A DNA stretch of 64,000 bases from a bacterium (lineage in GTDB: Bacteria > UBA10199 > 2-02-FULL-44-16 > JAAZCA01): contig CAXXGI010000001.1 in the NCBI GenBank assembly GCA_963674695.2, forward strand, positions 32,001-96,000, read 5' to 3'. Every line of letters begins with the position of its first letter. The stretch's first letter is position 1. The notes beneath the pieces were generated by a model. The model saw nothing but the letters and a program-made list of their open reading frames with translations, had not been told where the DNA came from and did no database searches. The position numbers and the translations under genes are program-made. This document shows, in pieces, positions 30,146 through 40,092 of this stretch.

Positions 30146-31216
30146 CTATAACGACAACATGCGGTCGAGGGCGAGCTTGGCATCGCGGGCGATCTCGGGG
30201 GGCACGGAGACCTCGTTGACCGAGCCCAGGGCCTCCAGGGTCCAGCAGAGGCTCGCCAGCGATATTTTGAACATGTTGGGGCAGAGGGAACGGGCCAGCG
30301 GCAGGACCTGTTTGTCCGGGTGGCGCTTCGCGAGCCTGGCCACCATGTTGATCTCGGTGCCGACGACGATCGTAGCGCCCGCGGGTGCGGCCTCGACCGC
30401 CTCCTTGAGATAGGCGGTGGAGCCGGATCCGTCGGCGGCGTTCACGACAGCCGGTTCGCACTCCGGGTGCACCACCACCGTGCAGCCCGCATATTTCTCG
30501 CGCGCCGCGCGCACCTGATCGACCGTGAAGAAGGTATGCACGTGGCAATACCCCTTCCAGACGATGACACGCGCGCGCTTCACATCCGCCTCGGTCACGC
30601 CGCCATCACGGAGCGTCGGATCCCAGAGGAGAATCTCGTCATCGGCAATGCCGGCGGCGATCGCGGTGTTGCGCCCGAGATTCTCGTCGGGAAGGAAGAG
30701 GATGCGATTCCTTCGTGCAAACGCCCAGTCGAAGGCCTTGCCCGACGAGGACGAGGTGCAGACGATCCCCTCGCGCGCACCGCAGAACGCCTTGATCGCC
30801 GCACTCGAGTTCATGTACGTGATCGGCGTCACATCACGGGCCAGACCGGCCGCCTCGAGCGCGCGCCAGGCTTCATTCACCTGATCGATCTCGGCCAGGT
30901 CGGCGAGCGGACAGCCGGCGGTCATGTCGGGCAGAAAAACGCGCTGTCCCTGACGCGCCAGCACCACGCTCGACTCGGCCATGAAGTGCACGCCGCAGAA
31001 GACGATCGACTGCGCCTTTGTCGCTGCCCCCTTCTTCGCGAGCTCGAAGCTGTCCCCTTCAAAATCAGCGAAGGAAACGACCTCGTCGCGCTGATAGTAG
31101 TGGCCGAGGATACAGAGCCGCTCGCCGAGCGTTTTTTTCACCGCCGCGATACGCGCACGCAGATCGTCGTCGGATTGGTCGCGATAGGTATCGGGCAAAA
31201 CCTTCTGTGTGTGCAT
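30146..31216 (-). CDS. nadA: Quinolinate synthase A
   Basis: LGHYYQ, FCGVHFMAES, AGCPLAD, YMNSSA, VCTSS, CHVH, VHPEC and CPNM. Confidence 0.96.
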   Translation of the reverse strand: MHTQKVLPDTYRDQSDDDLRARIAAVKKTLGERLCILGHYYQRDEVVSFADFEGDSFELAKKGAATKAQSIVFCGVHFMAESSVVLARQGQRVFLPDMTAGCPLADLAEIDQVNEAWRALEAAGLARDVTPITYMNSSAAIKAFCGAREGIVCTSSSSGKAFDWAFARRNRILFLPDENLGRNTAIAAGIADDEILLWDPTLRDGGVTEADVKRARVIVWKGYCHVHTFFTVDQVRAAREKYAGCTVVVHPECEPAVVNAADGSGSTAYLKEAVEAAPAGATIVVGTEINMVARLAKRHPDKQVLPLARSLCPNMFKISLASLCWTLEALGSVNEVSVPPEIARDAKLALDRMLSL

Positions 31217-31277
31217 GATAATACGTCCTTTGTTTGTCATTCCGATAAAACAGAACCTGGCGGGGCTGCTGGTTATT

Positions 31278-31373
31278 GTCATTCCCGCGAAGGCGGGAAT
31301 CTCGATTTTTCAAGCACGTCGAGATTCCCGCTGGAGCCTGCCCTCGAATGATTGAATCGGGGGCGGGAATGAC
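31278..31373. repeat. REP/dRS3-like palindromic element
   Basis: Near-identical to 1726-1821 including the left flank (GCTGGTTWTT); followed by heptamers (CWTCACG)x3 at 31381-31401. Confidence 0.88.
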
Positions 31374-31382
31374 ATCAATGCT

Positions 31383-33287
31383 TCACGCATCACGCTTCAC
31401 GCGTTTGAAGAATTCCTCTTCCGAGATGATCTCGACCTTGGCGCCCTTGGCGATGAGCTTCTCGGCCTTGGCGAGCTTTGAGCCCGCGCCGCCGCCATCG
31501 CCGACGACGAGATAATCGAGATCCTTGGTCACCGACTGCGCGGCCTCGCCGCCGTTTTCCTCGACGAGTTTCTGCGCATCGCTGCGCCCCATCGTGAGGA
31601 GTTTTCCCGTGAAGAGGACGGATTGTCCGCTCAGCACGCCTTCGATGCGCGTCGGAACCCCCTCTTCGACCGTCACCTGCCGCAGCAGCTTTTCGATGAG
31701 CGGCGCGCGCATCGCAAGCCCTTGAACCACCTCGCGGGCAATCACCGGGCCGATCGTGTGGATCGCGGCGAGCTCCTCCTCGGTAAGCGCCCGCACGCGC
31801 TCGAGCGTGCCATATCCGGCGAGCACTTTGGAGACGTGTTTGCCGACCTCGCGCATGCCGAGCGCCTGCAAAAAGAGCAGCAGCGGAATCGAACGCTTTG
31901 CCTCGATGTTGGCGAGGAGTTTCTCCGCTAGCGTCTCGCCCATGCGCTCCATCGCGAGCAGTTCTTCACGCGTGAGCTCATAGATCTCGGCGGGATCGGT
32001 CACCACGCCCGCGTCATAGAGTTGCGTCAGATGCTTCTCGCCGAAGCCGTCGATGCCGACGATCTTGACGAAATGCGCGAGCTCGCCCACGCTGGAGCGC
32101 GCACAGTCCTTGGCGTTCGTGCACAGGAGCAGATCGTCGCGCACCTCGGTCGGAGCGCCGCAGGAAGGACAGCGTTTCGGAATGGAAATCTTCCCCTTCC
32201 CCGCCTCCACCACGCGCTCCACATGCGGAATCACGCCGCCCCGACGCATCATAAGGACCGTCGCGCCGCGCGTGAGCCCCAACGCCTTGAGGATCGCCAG
32301 ATTGTGCAGCGACGCACGCCGCACCTTGGCACCGGAGAGCTCCACGGGTTCGACCACCGCCACGGGCGTGATCGCCCCGGTGCGCGACACGCTCCACTCC
32401 ACATCGATCAAGCGCGTCGTTCCGGAATCACCCTGAAATTTGTAGGCGATGGCAAAACGCGGATGATGCGCGGTGACGCCCAGACGCCGCTGTTCCGCGA
32501 TGCGATCGGCCTTGAAGACCACGCCGTCGGTCTCAAAATCATAGGCGTCGCGCTTCTCCTGAATGGCCTCATAGGACAATTGAATCTCCGCCTTCGAGAC
32601 ACCGCGCCACTCGACGACCGCAAACCCCTCGCGTTCGAGAAACGCATACTTCTCCGCTTCGGTCGCAACCTCCGCGCCCATGAGATCGTAAGCAAAGAAA
32701 GAAAGTTCATAGGCACCGGTCTTGCGCGCGTCCTTCTGTTTGATCGCCCCCGCCGCAAGGTTACGCGGATTGGCAAACTGCCCTTCGTAGCGCGCAAATA
32801 CGGAGAGCGGCATATAGACCTCGCCGCGCACTTCGAGATGGCCCTGCCCGATCTGTTTTGGAATCGAACGAATGAAACGCACGTTGGAGGTGATCTCTTC
32901 GCCCTCGACGCCGTCGCCGCGCGTCGCGGCCTGGACGAGTTCGCCGTCGGCCCCATAGCGAAGGCTGCACGCAACACCATCGACCTTCGGGCTCACGACA
33001 AGATCGCCGTCGAACTTGGCGGCCCAATCGGCGACCGCCTTCTCCTCGTAGGCCTTGTCCAACGAGAGCATCGGCGTTTCGTGGCGAACCTTGACCCCTT
33101 CGGCGCGCAGATCGGAGACGAGCTCGGTCAGCACCGCCGCATCGGGCTTTCGCCGGCGCAACTCCTCCACGAGCGCATCGAAGGCCTCATCCGAGATCTC
33201 CGGCGCATGCTCCCGGAAATAGAGCTCGTTGTGTCGGCGTACCTCGGCCTCAAGCTCCGGGGTTCCGCGTTTCGACCAATCCGACAT
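31383..33287 (-). CDS. ligA: NAD-dependent DNA ligase
   Basis: MLSLDK, KVDG, TRGDG.EGE, EVRGEVY, NPRN.AAG, DGVVFK, Cys4 zinc finger, HhH and BRCT. Confidence 0.97.
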   Translation of the reverse strand: MSDWSKRGTPELEAEVRRHNELYFREHAPEISDEAFDALVEELRRRKPDAAVLTELVSDLRAEGVKVRHETPMLSLDKAYEEKAVADWAAKFDGDLVVSPKVDGVACSLRYGADGELVQAATRGDGVEGEEITSNVRFIRSIPKQIGQGHLEVRGEVYMPLSVFARYEGQFANPRNLAAGAIKQKDARKTGAYELSFFAYDLMGAEVATEAEKYAFLEREGFAVVEWRGVSKAEIQLSYEAIQEKRDAYDFETDGVVFKADRIAEQRRLGVTAHHPRFAIAYKFQGDSGTTRLIDVEWSVSRTGAITPVAVVEPVELSGAKVRRASLHNLAILKALGLTRGATVLMMRRGGVIPHVERVVEAGKGKISIPKRCPSCGAPTEVRDDLLLCTNAKDCARSSVGELAHFVKIVGIDGFGEKHLTQLYDAGVVTDPAEIYELTREELLAMERMGETLAEKLLANIEAKRSIPLLLFLQALGMREVGKHVSKVLAGYGTLERVRALTEEELAAIHTIGPVIAREVVQGLAMRAPLIEKLLRQVTVEEGVPTRIEGVLSGQSVLFTGKLLTMGRSDAQKLVEENGGEAAQSVTKDLDYLVVGDGGGAGSKLAKAEKLIAKGAKVEIISEEEFFKRVKRDA

Positions 33288-33395
33288 TTTCGCTTTCCTT
33301 TCACCGGGCGGGTTGCTACAAACGGGCCTCACCTTAGCGAAATATCACGCTATTTCAACCAGATTCGGCGTTTATCCGCCCCCCGAGGATTTCCC

Positions 33396-35948
33396 ATGAC
33401 CATCCAATCGTTCACGCTCGACAACGGCATGCAGGTCCTGCTCGAAGAGAACCACGCCGCCAAAGTGGTCTCCTTCAACGCGCTGGTCAAGGTCGGCTCG
33501 GCTATGGAAACCGACGCCGAAGCGGGCATCAGCCATGTCATCGAGCACATGCTTTTCAAGGGAACGCCCACGCGCCCCGAGGGAACGATCGCGCGCGATA
33601 TCGAGGCCGCCGGCGGCGAAATCAACGCCTACACCTCGATCGACCAGACCTGTTACTACATCAACATGGCCACGCGCTTTGCCGAGACGGGGCTGTCGAT
33701 TCTGGCCGACGCCATCTGCAACCCGCTCTTCGACGCGGAGGAGCTCGGGCGCGAAATCGAGGTCATCCTCGAAGAGGTCCGGCGCGAGCAGGACAATCCG
33801 AATCGCATGACGACCGAGCATATCTTTCAAACCGCTTATCGCAAACACACCTATGGCCGTCCGATCATCGGATACCCCAAGACCATCACCTCCTTCACGC
33901 GCGAACGTCTCCTCGACTTCTACCGCCGCTGGTACACCCCCTCGAACATCGTCTTTATCGCCGTGGGCGATTTCAAGACGGAGGCGATGCTGGAGTTGAT
34001 CCGCAAGGAGTTTGCAGGCCTGAAGGGCCCGGCTGCACCAAAGACCACCATTCCCGCTGAGCCGAAACAGAGCGGCGTGCGGCTCGTCATCAAACCCTCG
34101 AACATCCAGAGCGCCTACCTGGGAATTGCCTTTCACGTCCCCGGCATCACGCATCAGGATGTCCCGGCGATCGATGTGCTGGCCCACATCCTGGGTGGTG
34201 CGGATTCGTCGCGCCTCGAGCAGGTGATCAAACGCCGCCGCCACCTGGCCCACAACATCTACGCCTACGCGCTGACCCCGCGCGACCCGGGCCTCTTTCT
34301 CATCGGCGGCATGCTCTCCGATGGCGATGTTCCCAAGGCGATCGATGCGATCACTGCCGAGGTGCACCGCATCTGTGAAGAGTCGGTCTCCTCCGAAGAG
34401 CTCTCGCGCGCAAAGCTGGCGCTGCGCTCCTCTGAAATCTACGACCGCGAGACCGTCGGCGGCCAGGGCAGCAAGATCGCTTCGTTCATCGCGACCGCCG
34501 ACGACCATACCTTTGAAAAGCGCTATTATCAGATGCTGCGCGACGTCCAGATCGAGACCGTACGCACGGCGGCCAAAACCTACCTCAAACCGGAAGCGGC
34601 CACGCTCGTTCTGCTGGTCCCGCACGGTTCGCGATGGCTCAAGGAGAAGGCGACGATCAAGACCGCCCTCACCCGAAAACCGGCGAAGGCAAAGGGGACC
34701 TGCCGCAAATCGAACGAGGCCATCCAGACGCTGCGTTTAAAGAACGGTGCCACGCTCATCGTTCAAGAAAACCATGCGCACCCCATCGTTGCCATCAATG
34801 CTGTCGTCCTGGGCGGCACGCGTTTCGAAACACCGAAGACCAACGGCATCTCGGCGCTCACCGCGCGTATGCTCACCAAAGGAACGAAGACACGCTCTGC
34901 GGTGCAGATTTCGGAAGCAATTGAAAGGATCGCCGGCGACATCGACGGATTCACCGGTCGCAACACCATCGGCCTGCGCTCTGAGTTTTTGAGCGAGCAC
35001 CTGCGCGATGGCTTCGCGCTCTTCGCCGATGTGCTGACCCATCCGTCGTTTGCACAGGCCGAGGTGACCAAGGAGAAACGCCTGTTGACCAAGGCGATTC
35101 GCGACCAGGAGGACAACCTCTCCTCGCGCAGTTTTGCGGAGTTCATGAAGACCCTCTTTCCGCATCATCCCTATGGTCTGCGCAGCTCCGGAACGGCGGC
35201 ATCCGTGAAGGGACTCAAACAAGCCGACGTCGCACGCTTTCACCGCGAGGTCTTTCGCGCGAAGGGGCTCGTGCTCACGGTCGTCGGCGATGTGAATGCC
35301 CATGAGGTGGAAACCCTTGCCAACGAAATGCTCGCCGACCTGCCCAAGGGGGCGCCAAAAAAACGCGCGATCAAGCGGGATGCGCGCCCGAAGAAACCGC
35401 GCGAGAGCGTCGTGATCAAACGCGACAAGCAACAGGCACACATCGTGCTGGGCTATCAATCGACCACGTTTACGAGCGTCGATCGCTATGCACTCACCGT
35501 CCTCAACACGATTCTCTCCGGCCAGGGGGGACGCCTCTTCGTCACGCTGCGCGACCAGATGAGTCTGGCCTATGCGGTGAGTTCCGTCCTCCATGAAGGG
35601 ATCGACCCGGGGTTCTTCGCCGTCTACATCGGCACCGATCCGGCCAAAGTCGAAACGGCGATCGCCGGCATCACCATGCAGCTCGACCTCGTACGCGACA
35701 AACGCGTCACCGGCGAGGAACTCGCGCGCGCCAAGCAGTATATTGCGGGAACCTATGAACTCGACCGTCAGCGCAACATGGCGCTGGCCAACCTCTATGC
35801 CTTCAACACGCTCTACGGCATCGGCCTTGAGGAGGCGGAGGAATATCCGAAGCGCATCATGGCGGTCACGCGCGAGGACGTCCAGCGCGTGGCAACGAAA
35901 TACATCACGCCGGAGTCGTATACGCTGGCGGTGATCAAGCCTTCCTAG
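33396..35948 (+). CDS. M16 (pitrilysin/insulinase) zinc protease, two-lobe fusion
   Basis: HVIEH (HXXEH) MLFKGT and NAYTS; second M16 repeat lacks the zinc motif. Confidence 0.93.
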   Translation: MTIQSFTLDNGMQVLLEENHAAKVVSFNALVKVGSAMETDAEAGISHVIEHMLFKGTPTRPEGTIARDIEAAGGEINAYTSIDQTCYYINMATRFAETGLSILADAICNPLFDAEELGREIEVILEEVRREQDNPNRMTTEHIFQTAYRKHTYGRPIIGYPKTITSFTRERLLDFYRRWYTPSNIVFIAVGDFKTEAMLELIRKEFAGLKGPAAPKTTIPAEPKQSGVRLVIKPSNIQSAYLGIAFHVPGITHQDVPAIDVLAHILGGADSSRLEQVIKRRRHLAHNIYAYALTPRDPGLFLIGGMLSDGDVPKAIDAITAEVHRICEESVSSEELSRAKLALRSSEIYDRETVGGQGSKIASFIATADDHTFEKRYYQMLRDVQIETVRTAAKTYLKPEAATLVLLVPHGSRWLKEKATIKTALTRKPAKAKGTCRKSNEAIQTLRLKNGATLIVQENHAHPIVAINAVVLGGTRFETPKTNGISALTARMLTKGTKTRSAVQISEAIERIAGDIDGFTGRNTIGLRSEFLSEHLRDGFALFADVLTHPSFAQAEVTKEKRLLTKAIRDQEDNLSSRSFAEFMKTLFPHHPYGLRSSGTAASVKGLKQADVARFHREVFRAKGLVLTVVGDVNAHEVETLANEMLADLPKGAPKKRAIKRDARPKKPRESVVIKRDKQQAHIVLGYQSTTFTSVDRYALTVLNTILSGQGGRLFVTLRDQMSLAYAVSSVLHEGIDPGFFAVYIGTDPAKVETAIAGITMQLDLVRDKRVTGEELARAKQYIAGTYELDRQRNMALANLYAFNTLYGIGLEEAEEYPKRIMAVTREDVQRVATKYITPESYTLAVIKPS

Positions 35949-35954
35949 GATGAT

Positions 35955-36047
35955 GTCATTCCGAACCCTTCAACTCCGCTCAGGATAAACTCACGTTGAG
36001 GAATCTCATGGGATCCCTCGACTCCGCGTCGCTTCGCTCGGGATGAC
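35955..36047. repeat. REP-like palindromic element (GTCATTCCGA...CGGGATGAC variant)
   Basis: Same GTCAT/ATGAC termini; lies between convergent genes. Confidence 0.75.
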
Positions 36048-36058
36048 ACAAACGCGTT

Positions 36059-38266
36059 TCACACAAAAATATCCTGGAATTTGAGGTCTTCGGCGGCGAG
36101 GACGATCGCCATCGGCGGGAAACCGGCAGTGCGGGCCATGAGCTGCGCATAGTAGTCGGCGTAGGATTCCACCGTCTCATCCTCACCCGGCGGACGCATG
36201 CCGATGAAGACGAGGTCGGCATCCTTTGACGCCTCGCGAATGGTCGTCGGCAGCGGCGAGGTCTCGTAGGGATGAATAATGATGTCGGGCTCGGCGATCA
36301 GACGCGCCTCCTTGAGAAACCCCGCGATCTCCTCGCGCGTTGATTCGCGCTCCTGTTCATCACGCACGATCGTGCGAATGGTTAAACGCGACCCGCGGCA
36401 TTCGGGGCTGGTCTGAAGCAGATACCCGAGCGTGAGCATGAGCCCCGCGTTTTGCCGCTTGCCGCCCCACCAACAGGCGATGTGGTGCCGACGCTGCCGC
36501 GGCGCCTCGATCTGCCCCTCCCGGACGAGGACGAGATTACGCCGCGCGCGGTAGATGAACTGCACGATGCGCGCAAAATCATCGAACTTTTCCGCGTCCT
36601 CGCTCTCGCCGAGCAGGATCGTGTTCGGCACGAGCGGCCCGATGCCATAGGAGGTGATAAGCCCCTTCACCCCAGAGACAAAATCGACGGCCCCCGTCAC
36701 CTCGACGAGTGCGGGGACATCGCGTTCCTCAAGCCAGTGCTGAATGGTTTCCTCCATCGACGCGATCTTTTCCGGGTCAATCTGCTCCCCCTGGAGTATT
36801 GAAGCGACGGTCAAAAACCCCTTCCCGTGCGTAATAGCGTCGGCCAGCTCCATCAAGTAGAAGCGCTTGGTGGGTGCACCGGCCAGGACCAGGATGTTCG
36901 GCCGCCACGTACGTGCATCCTGACGATGCCGCGCCAGTCGATAGATGGAAAAACGCGCCATCGAGAGGTGGATGCTGCGGCGAATATCGTCCCACCGCGT
37001 GCCCAACCGACGGCGCGCCGTCACATAGTAGAGCATGCCGACGACGAAGATCGCGATGAAGGTCGCTCCGGGATTGATCATGAACATCGCGACGAGACAG
37101 AGCCCCGCGCCGATGAAAGAGACGATCCAGGGCGTACGAAAGGAGGGGCGCCAGGAGGGATTCCCGATGAGCCCCTCCAATCCCGCCACGAGATTGATCG
37201 AGCCGTAGGTCGTGAGAAAAAACATCGTCAGCACCGGCGCGATGGTGTCGAGATTTCCCCAGAGCACGGCCACCAGCGCGATGAGAAACGAAAACGCCGT
37301 TGCGATCCGCGGAGTATCCTGTTCCCCATGCCCCTTGCCGAAGAAAGCGGGAACGGTCTTGTCGCGCGCGAGTGCCTGGAGATTGCGCGGCGCACCCAGG
37401 ATGCTGCCCAGGGCGCTGGAGAGCGAGGCCCCCCAGATGCCGGCGATGACGATCCAACGCAGGCGTGCCACGTCAAGAAAGATCAGCGTGTTGTCGATGA
37501 GCACGCGGTTAGGGACTCGCTCGACGAGCCAGATGCCGATGACCAGATAGACGATAAACCCCACCAGCACCGCTGCGATCGTGCCCCGTGGGATGGAGCG
37601 TGCCGGGTCTTTCAGATCGCCCGACATCGACAGCCCCGCCTCGATGCCGGTGACCGCCGGGAAGAAGACCGCGAAGACCGCCCAGAACGGAACGGACGAA
37701 ACCGATGCTGCGTGCGCCACCTCGCCCGCCGGCACATATGAACCAGCGAAGAAAGAGATGAGCGAGCCGATGATAATGAGAAGAATAGCAAATGCAGCCT
37801 TGAGCGCTACACCCGCGGAGATGAAGGCCAGAAGCGTCACAAAGACAAGGCTGCCGACGGCGACGAGCACCGGCGGCGCATGAGGAAAGACGCCGATGAC
37901 TCCCTCGGTAAAACCCGCAATGTAGAAGGCGATGCCGATGGCCTTGGCACCATAGAGCGAGAGCCCGATGGCCGCGCCGACCTCGACACCGAGGGAACGC
38001 GACACCATGTAATAGGCCCCGCCGATGCCGACCTTCATGTTGGTGGCGATCGACGCCATCGACAGTGCCGTGATGAAGGTGATCACACTCGAAGCCGTGA
38101 TGATGAAGATGGTGCCGACAAGACCCACATGCCCCGCCACCCAGCCCATGCGCAGGTACATGATGACGCCGAAGACGGTGAGGATGCTGGGGAGAAAGAC
38201 GCCCTGAAAGGTGCCGAAGGTGTTTCGGCCGTTGCTCTTCGATTCTGCGGCAGCGGATTGTTCCAT
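36059..38266 (-). CDS. Cation-chloride cotransporter (SLC12/CCC)-type APC transporter
   Basis: FGTFQGVFLPSILTVFGVIMYLR, GGAYYMVSRSLG, FFPAVTG, SGDLKDP.RSIP.GT, WRPNIL and a cytoplasmic C-domain. Confidence 0.88.
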   Translation of the reverse strand: MEQSAAAESKSNGRNTFGTFQGVFLPSILTVFGVIMYLRMGWVAGHVGLVGTIFIITASSVITFITALSMASIATNMKVGIGGAYYMVSRSLGVEVGAAIGLSLYGAKAIGIAFYIAGFTEGVIGVFPHAPPVLVAVGSLVFVTLLAFISAGVALKAAFAILLIIIGSLISFFAGSYVPAGEVAHAASVSSVPFWAVFAVFFPAVTGIEAGLSMSGDLKDPARSIPRGTIAAVLVGFIVYLVIGIWLVERVPNRVLIDNTLIFLDVARLRWIVIAGIWGASLSSALGSILGAPRNLQALARDKTVPAFFGKGHGEQDTPRIATAFSFLIALVAVLWGNLDTIAPVLTMFFLTTYGSINLVAGLEGLIGNPSWRPSFRTPWIVSFIGAGLCLVAMFMINPGATFIAIFVVGMLYYVTARRRLGTRWDDIRRSIHLSMARFSIYRLARHRQDARTWRPNILVLAGAPTKRFYLMELADAITHGKGFLTVASILQGEQIDPEKIASMEETIQHWLEERDVPALVEVTGAVDFVSGVKGLITSYGIGPLVPNTILLGESEDAEKFDDFARIVQFIYRARRNLVLVREGQIEAPRQRRHHIACWWGGKRQNAGLMLTLGYLLQTSPECRGSRLTIRTIVRDEQERESTREEIAGFLKEARLIAEPDIIIHPYETSPLPTTIREASKDADLVFIGMRPPGEDETVESYADYYAQLMARTAGFPPMAIVLAAEDLKFQDIFV

Positions 38267-38307
38267 GGATTCGCAGTATCGCACGAGGCAATGCCACCTG
38301 CAACGGT

Positions 38308-38970
38308 TTAGGAGGGCATGCAATCATTCCAGCCGGCGAGCGGGCAGCCATCACACCGAGGCTTGGTGCGGCAATGCTCCTTGGCGCACTCGACGATCAG
38401 GGCGTGGTATTCATTATAGAGGGGAATGTCACAGGGAAGGCCATCCGTCATGAGTTCCTGCAGCTCGTAATAGCCATCCTCCTCGGAACAGAGGCTGTGG
38501 CGCAAGAGGATGCGCTTCGTATACGCGTCGATGACGAAGGTGGCCTTGTCCAGCGCATAGAGCAGGATCGAATCGGCCGTCTCGGGCCCGATCCCCTTGA
38601 CCGCGAGGAGTTCGGGGCGCAGCTCCTCGAGCGACCGCGCGGCCATCTGCGTCGCGCTGCCATCAGAGGTGTCGACAAAATAGGTCAGAAAGGAACGCAG
38701 CCGACCCGTCTTCACGCGATAATACCCCGCGGGACGAATGAGCTCCGCCAGCGTTTCGGGAGGGAGGGCGAGCATCTTCTCAGGTGCGAGGACACGCTCT
38801 CGTTTCAGATTCGCAATAGCGCGTTCAACATTTTTCCAATTCGTATTCTGCGTGAGAATGGCGCCGACCATCACCTCGAAAGGCGTCTCGCCCGGCCACC
38901 AGTGACGCGGACCGAACCGAGCGAGCAATCGATCGAAGCCTTCCTGAAGAATGTCGTGTTTGAATGCCAT
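38308..38970 (-). CDS. Endonuclease III-related HhH-GPD protein
   Basis: WWPGETPFEV.VGAILTQNTNW, KGIGPETADSILLYA and C..KP.C..CPL. Confidence 0.9.
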   Translation of the reverse strand: MAFKHDILQEGFDRLLARFGPRHWWPGETPFEVMVGAILTQNTNWKNVERAIANLKRERVLAPEKMLALPPETLAELIRPAGYYRVKTGRLRSFLTYFVDTSDGSATQMAARSLEELRPELLAVKGIGPETADSILLYALDKATFVIDAYTKRILLRHSLCSEEDGYYELQELMTDGLPCDIPLYNEYHALIVECAKEHCRTKPRCDGCPLAGWNDCMPS

Positions 38971-39019
38971 CGAAGAATAACACCCTTCCCGCAACAAAAG
39001 AAAAGCCAGCCAGGAAACA

Positions 39020-39057
39020 CCTGACTGGCTTGACTGACCTGACTCGCTTGACTGGCT
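39020..39057. repeat. 9-mer tandem repeat (CYTGACTGG-like)x4
   Basis: Same unit recurs at 48261-48297 and 55001-55026. Confidence 0.8.
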
Positions 39058-39058
39058 T

Positions 39059-39427
39059 CTATTCCGCCGCTTCTGCCTTCTTCTCTTCAGCGGGGGCTGC
39101 CTCAGCTGCTGCGGGAGCGGCCTCTTCCTTCTTCTCTTCGACGGGCGCTGCCTCAGCTGCTGCGGGAACGGCCTCTTCCTTCGGGGCCTCGGCTACCGGC
39201 ACCTCAGGCTTCTTCGACGCCGACCACGCGCCATAGTGCTGCTCGCACTTGCCCTTGCGATACATCGGCTTGTGGCACCCCTCTTCGCTGCAGCTCTTGT
39301 AGCGACCCACTTCGCCTTCGATCTCGCCGCGGCGCCACTTGTTATAGTGAACGGTGCAATACCCCTTGGCGCGATAGGCGCGTTTGCAGCCTTCGATCTT
39401 ACAGCTCTTGGTCTCAGCAGTGCTCAT
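39059..39427 (-). CDS. vegA: Myxobacterial 'vegetative protein'-like, two C-x4-C...C-x2-H modules plus Ala/Glu repeat tail
   Basis: CKIEGCKRAYRAKGYCTVHYNKWRRGE and CSEEGCHKP...CEQHY, recognised from memory of the family; AGGAG RBS. Confidence 0.65.
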   Translation of the reverse strand: MSTAETKSCKIEGCKRAYRAKGYCTVHYNKWRRGEIEGEVGRYKSCSEEGCHKPMYRKGKCEQHYGAWSASKKPEVPVAEAPKEEAVPAAAEAAPVEEKKEEAAPAAAEAAPAEEKKAEAAE

Positions 39428-39453
39428 GATGTCCACTCCTTTTGCTCCACGGC

Positions 39454-39804
39454 TCACGGCCGCTTCGTCGGTTTGTCCGGCTCCGGATTCAGTTGCGGCG
39501 GAAGGGCGACTTGATCAGGCGCGCCGGGAATCGTCTTTCCATATTGCAGCTCCTTACGCACCATCTCGTCGAGCTGTTTGCGCTCGGAATCGGTGACATC
39601 CTCCGAGATCGCCTCGCCAGCGGCTTTGAGCCCCTCACCCACCAATGAGCGCATATCCTTCACGCCCTCCTTGAACATCTTGGTTTGGGTGATCGGCACG
39701 GCGTGCTCCTGGATCGTCTTGCCCCGAATCTTCCATCCCGTGACCCAGAGAACGATCGAACCGATGATCGCGATCAAAAACAGCCACTTGATAAGGCGCC
39801 ACAT
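39454..39804 (-). CDS. Small membrane-anchored hypothetical protein
   Basis: GGGGGGAG RBS; MWRLIKWLFLIAIIGSIVLWV N-terminal TM. Confidence 0.75.
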   Translation of the reverse strand: MWRLIKWLFLIAIIGSIVLWVTGWKIRGKTIQEHAVPITQTKMFKEGVKDMRSLVGEGLKAAGEAISEDVTDSERKQLDEMVRKELQYGKTIPGAPDQVALPPQLNPEPDKPTKRP

Positions 39805-39905
39805 AGCTCCCCCCCTGGAATTGCGAGGCAAGCTAACCGAGCCGGCCGCCCCCGTCAAGACCTTGATCACGAGGAACACAGCACCTCCCCTGAAACGCTC
39901 ACTCG

Positions 39906-40048
39906 CCTCCGCTTGGGATGGTGTTTGGAGGGGATCTCTTCTTTCATCGCGATCGAAGCCTATAATGCTGCGATGGAAGAAGAAAAAGCCGCCGAGGCGG
40001 CATGTGAGCCGAGACGGCGGTCCCCGAAAACACCATCCCAAACGGAGG
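39906..40048. other. Multi-hairpin structured intergenic element
   Basis: Outer stem 39906-34/40021-48; inner hairpins 39937-83, 39988-40001 and 40008-18. Confidence 0.6.
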
Positions 40049-40092
40049 GGGCCAGTAGACAATCCGTGGGGGCTCTGCTATAGCCAGCAGCG

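Noticed and set aside
32022-33395. N-terminal 458 aa of the 1308-aa ORF
   Set aside because: Antisense to ligA; the M16 protease starts at ATG 33396 after GAGG.
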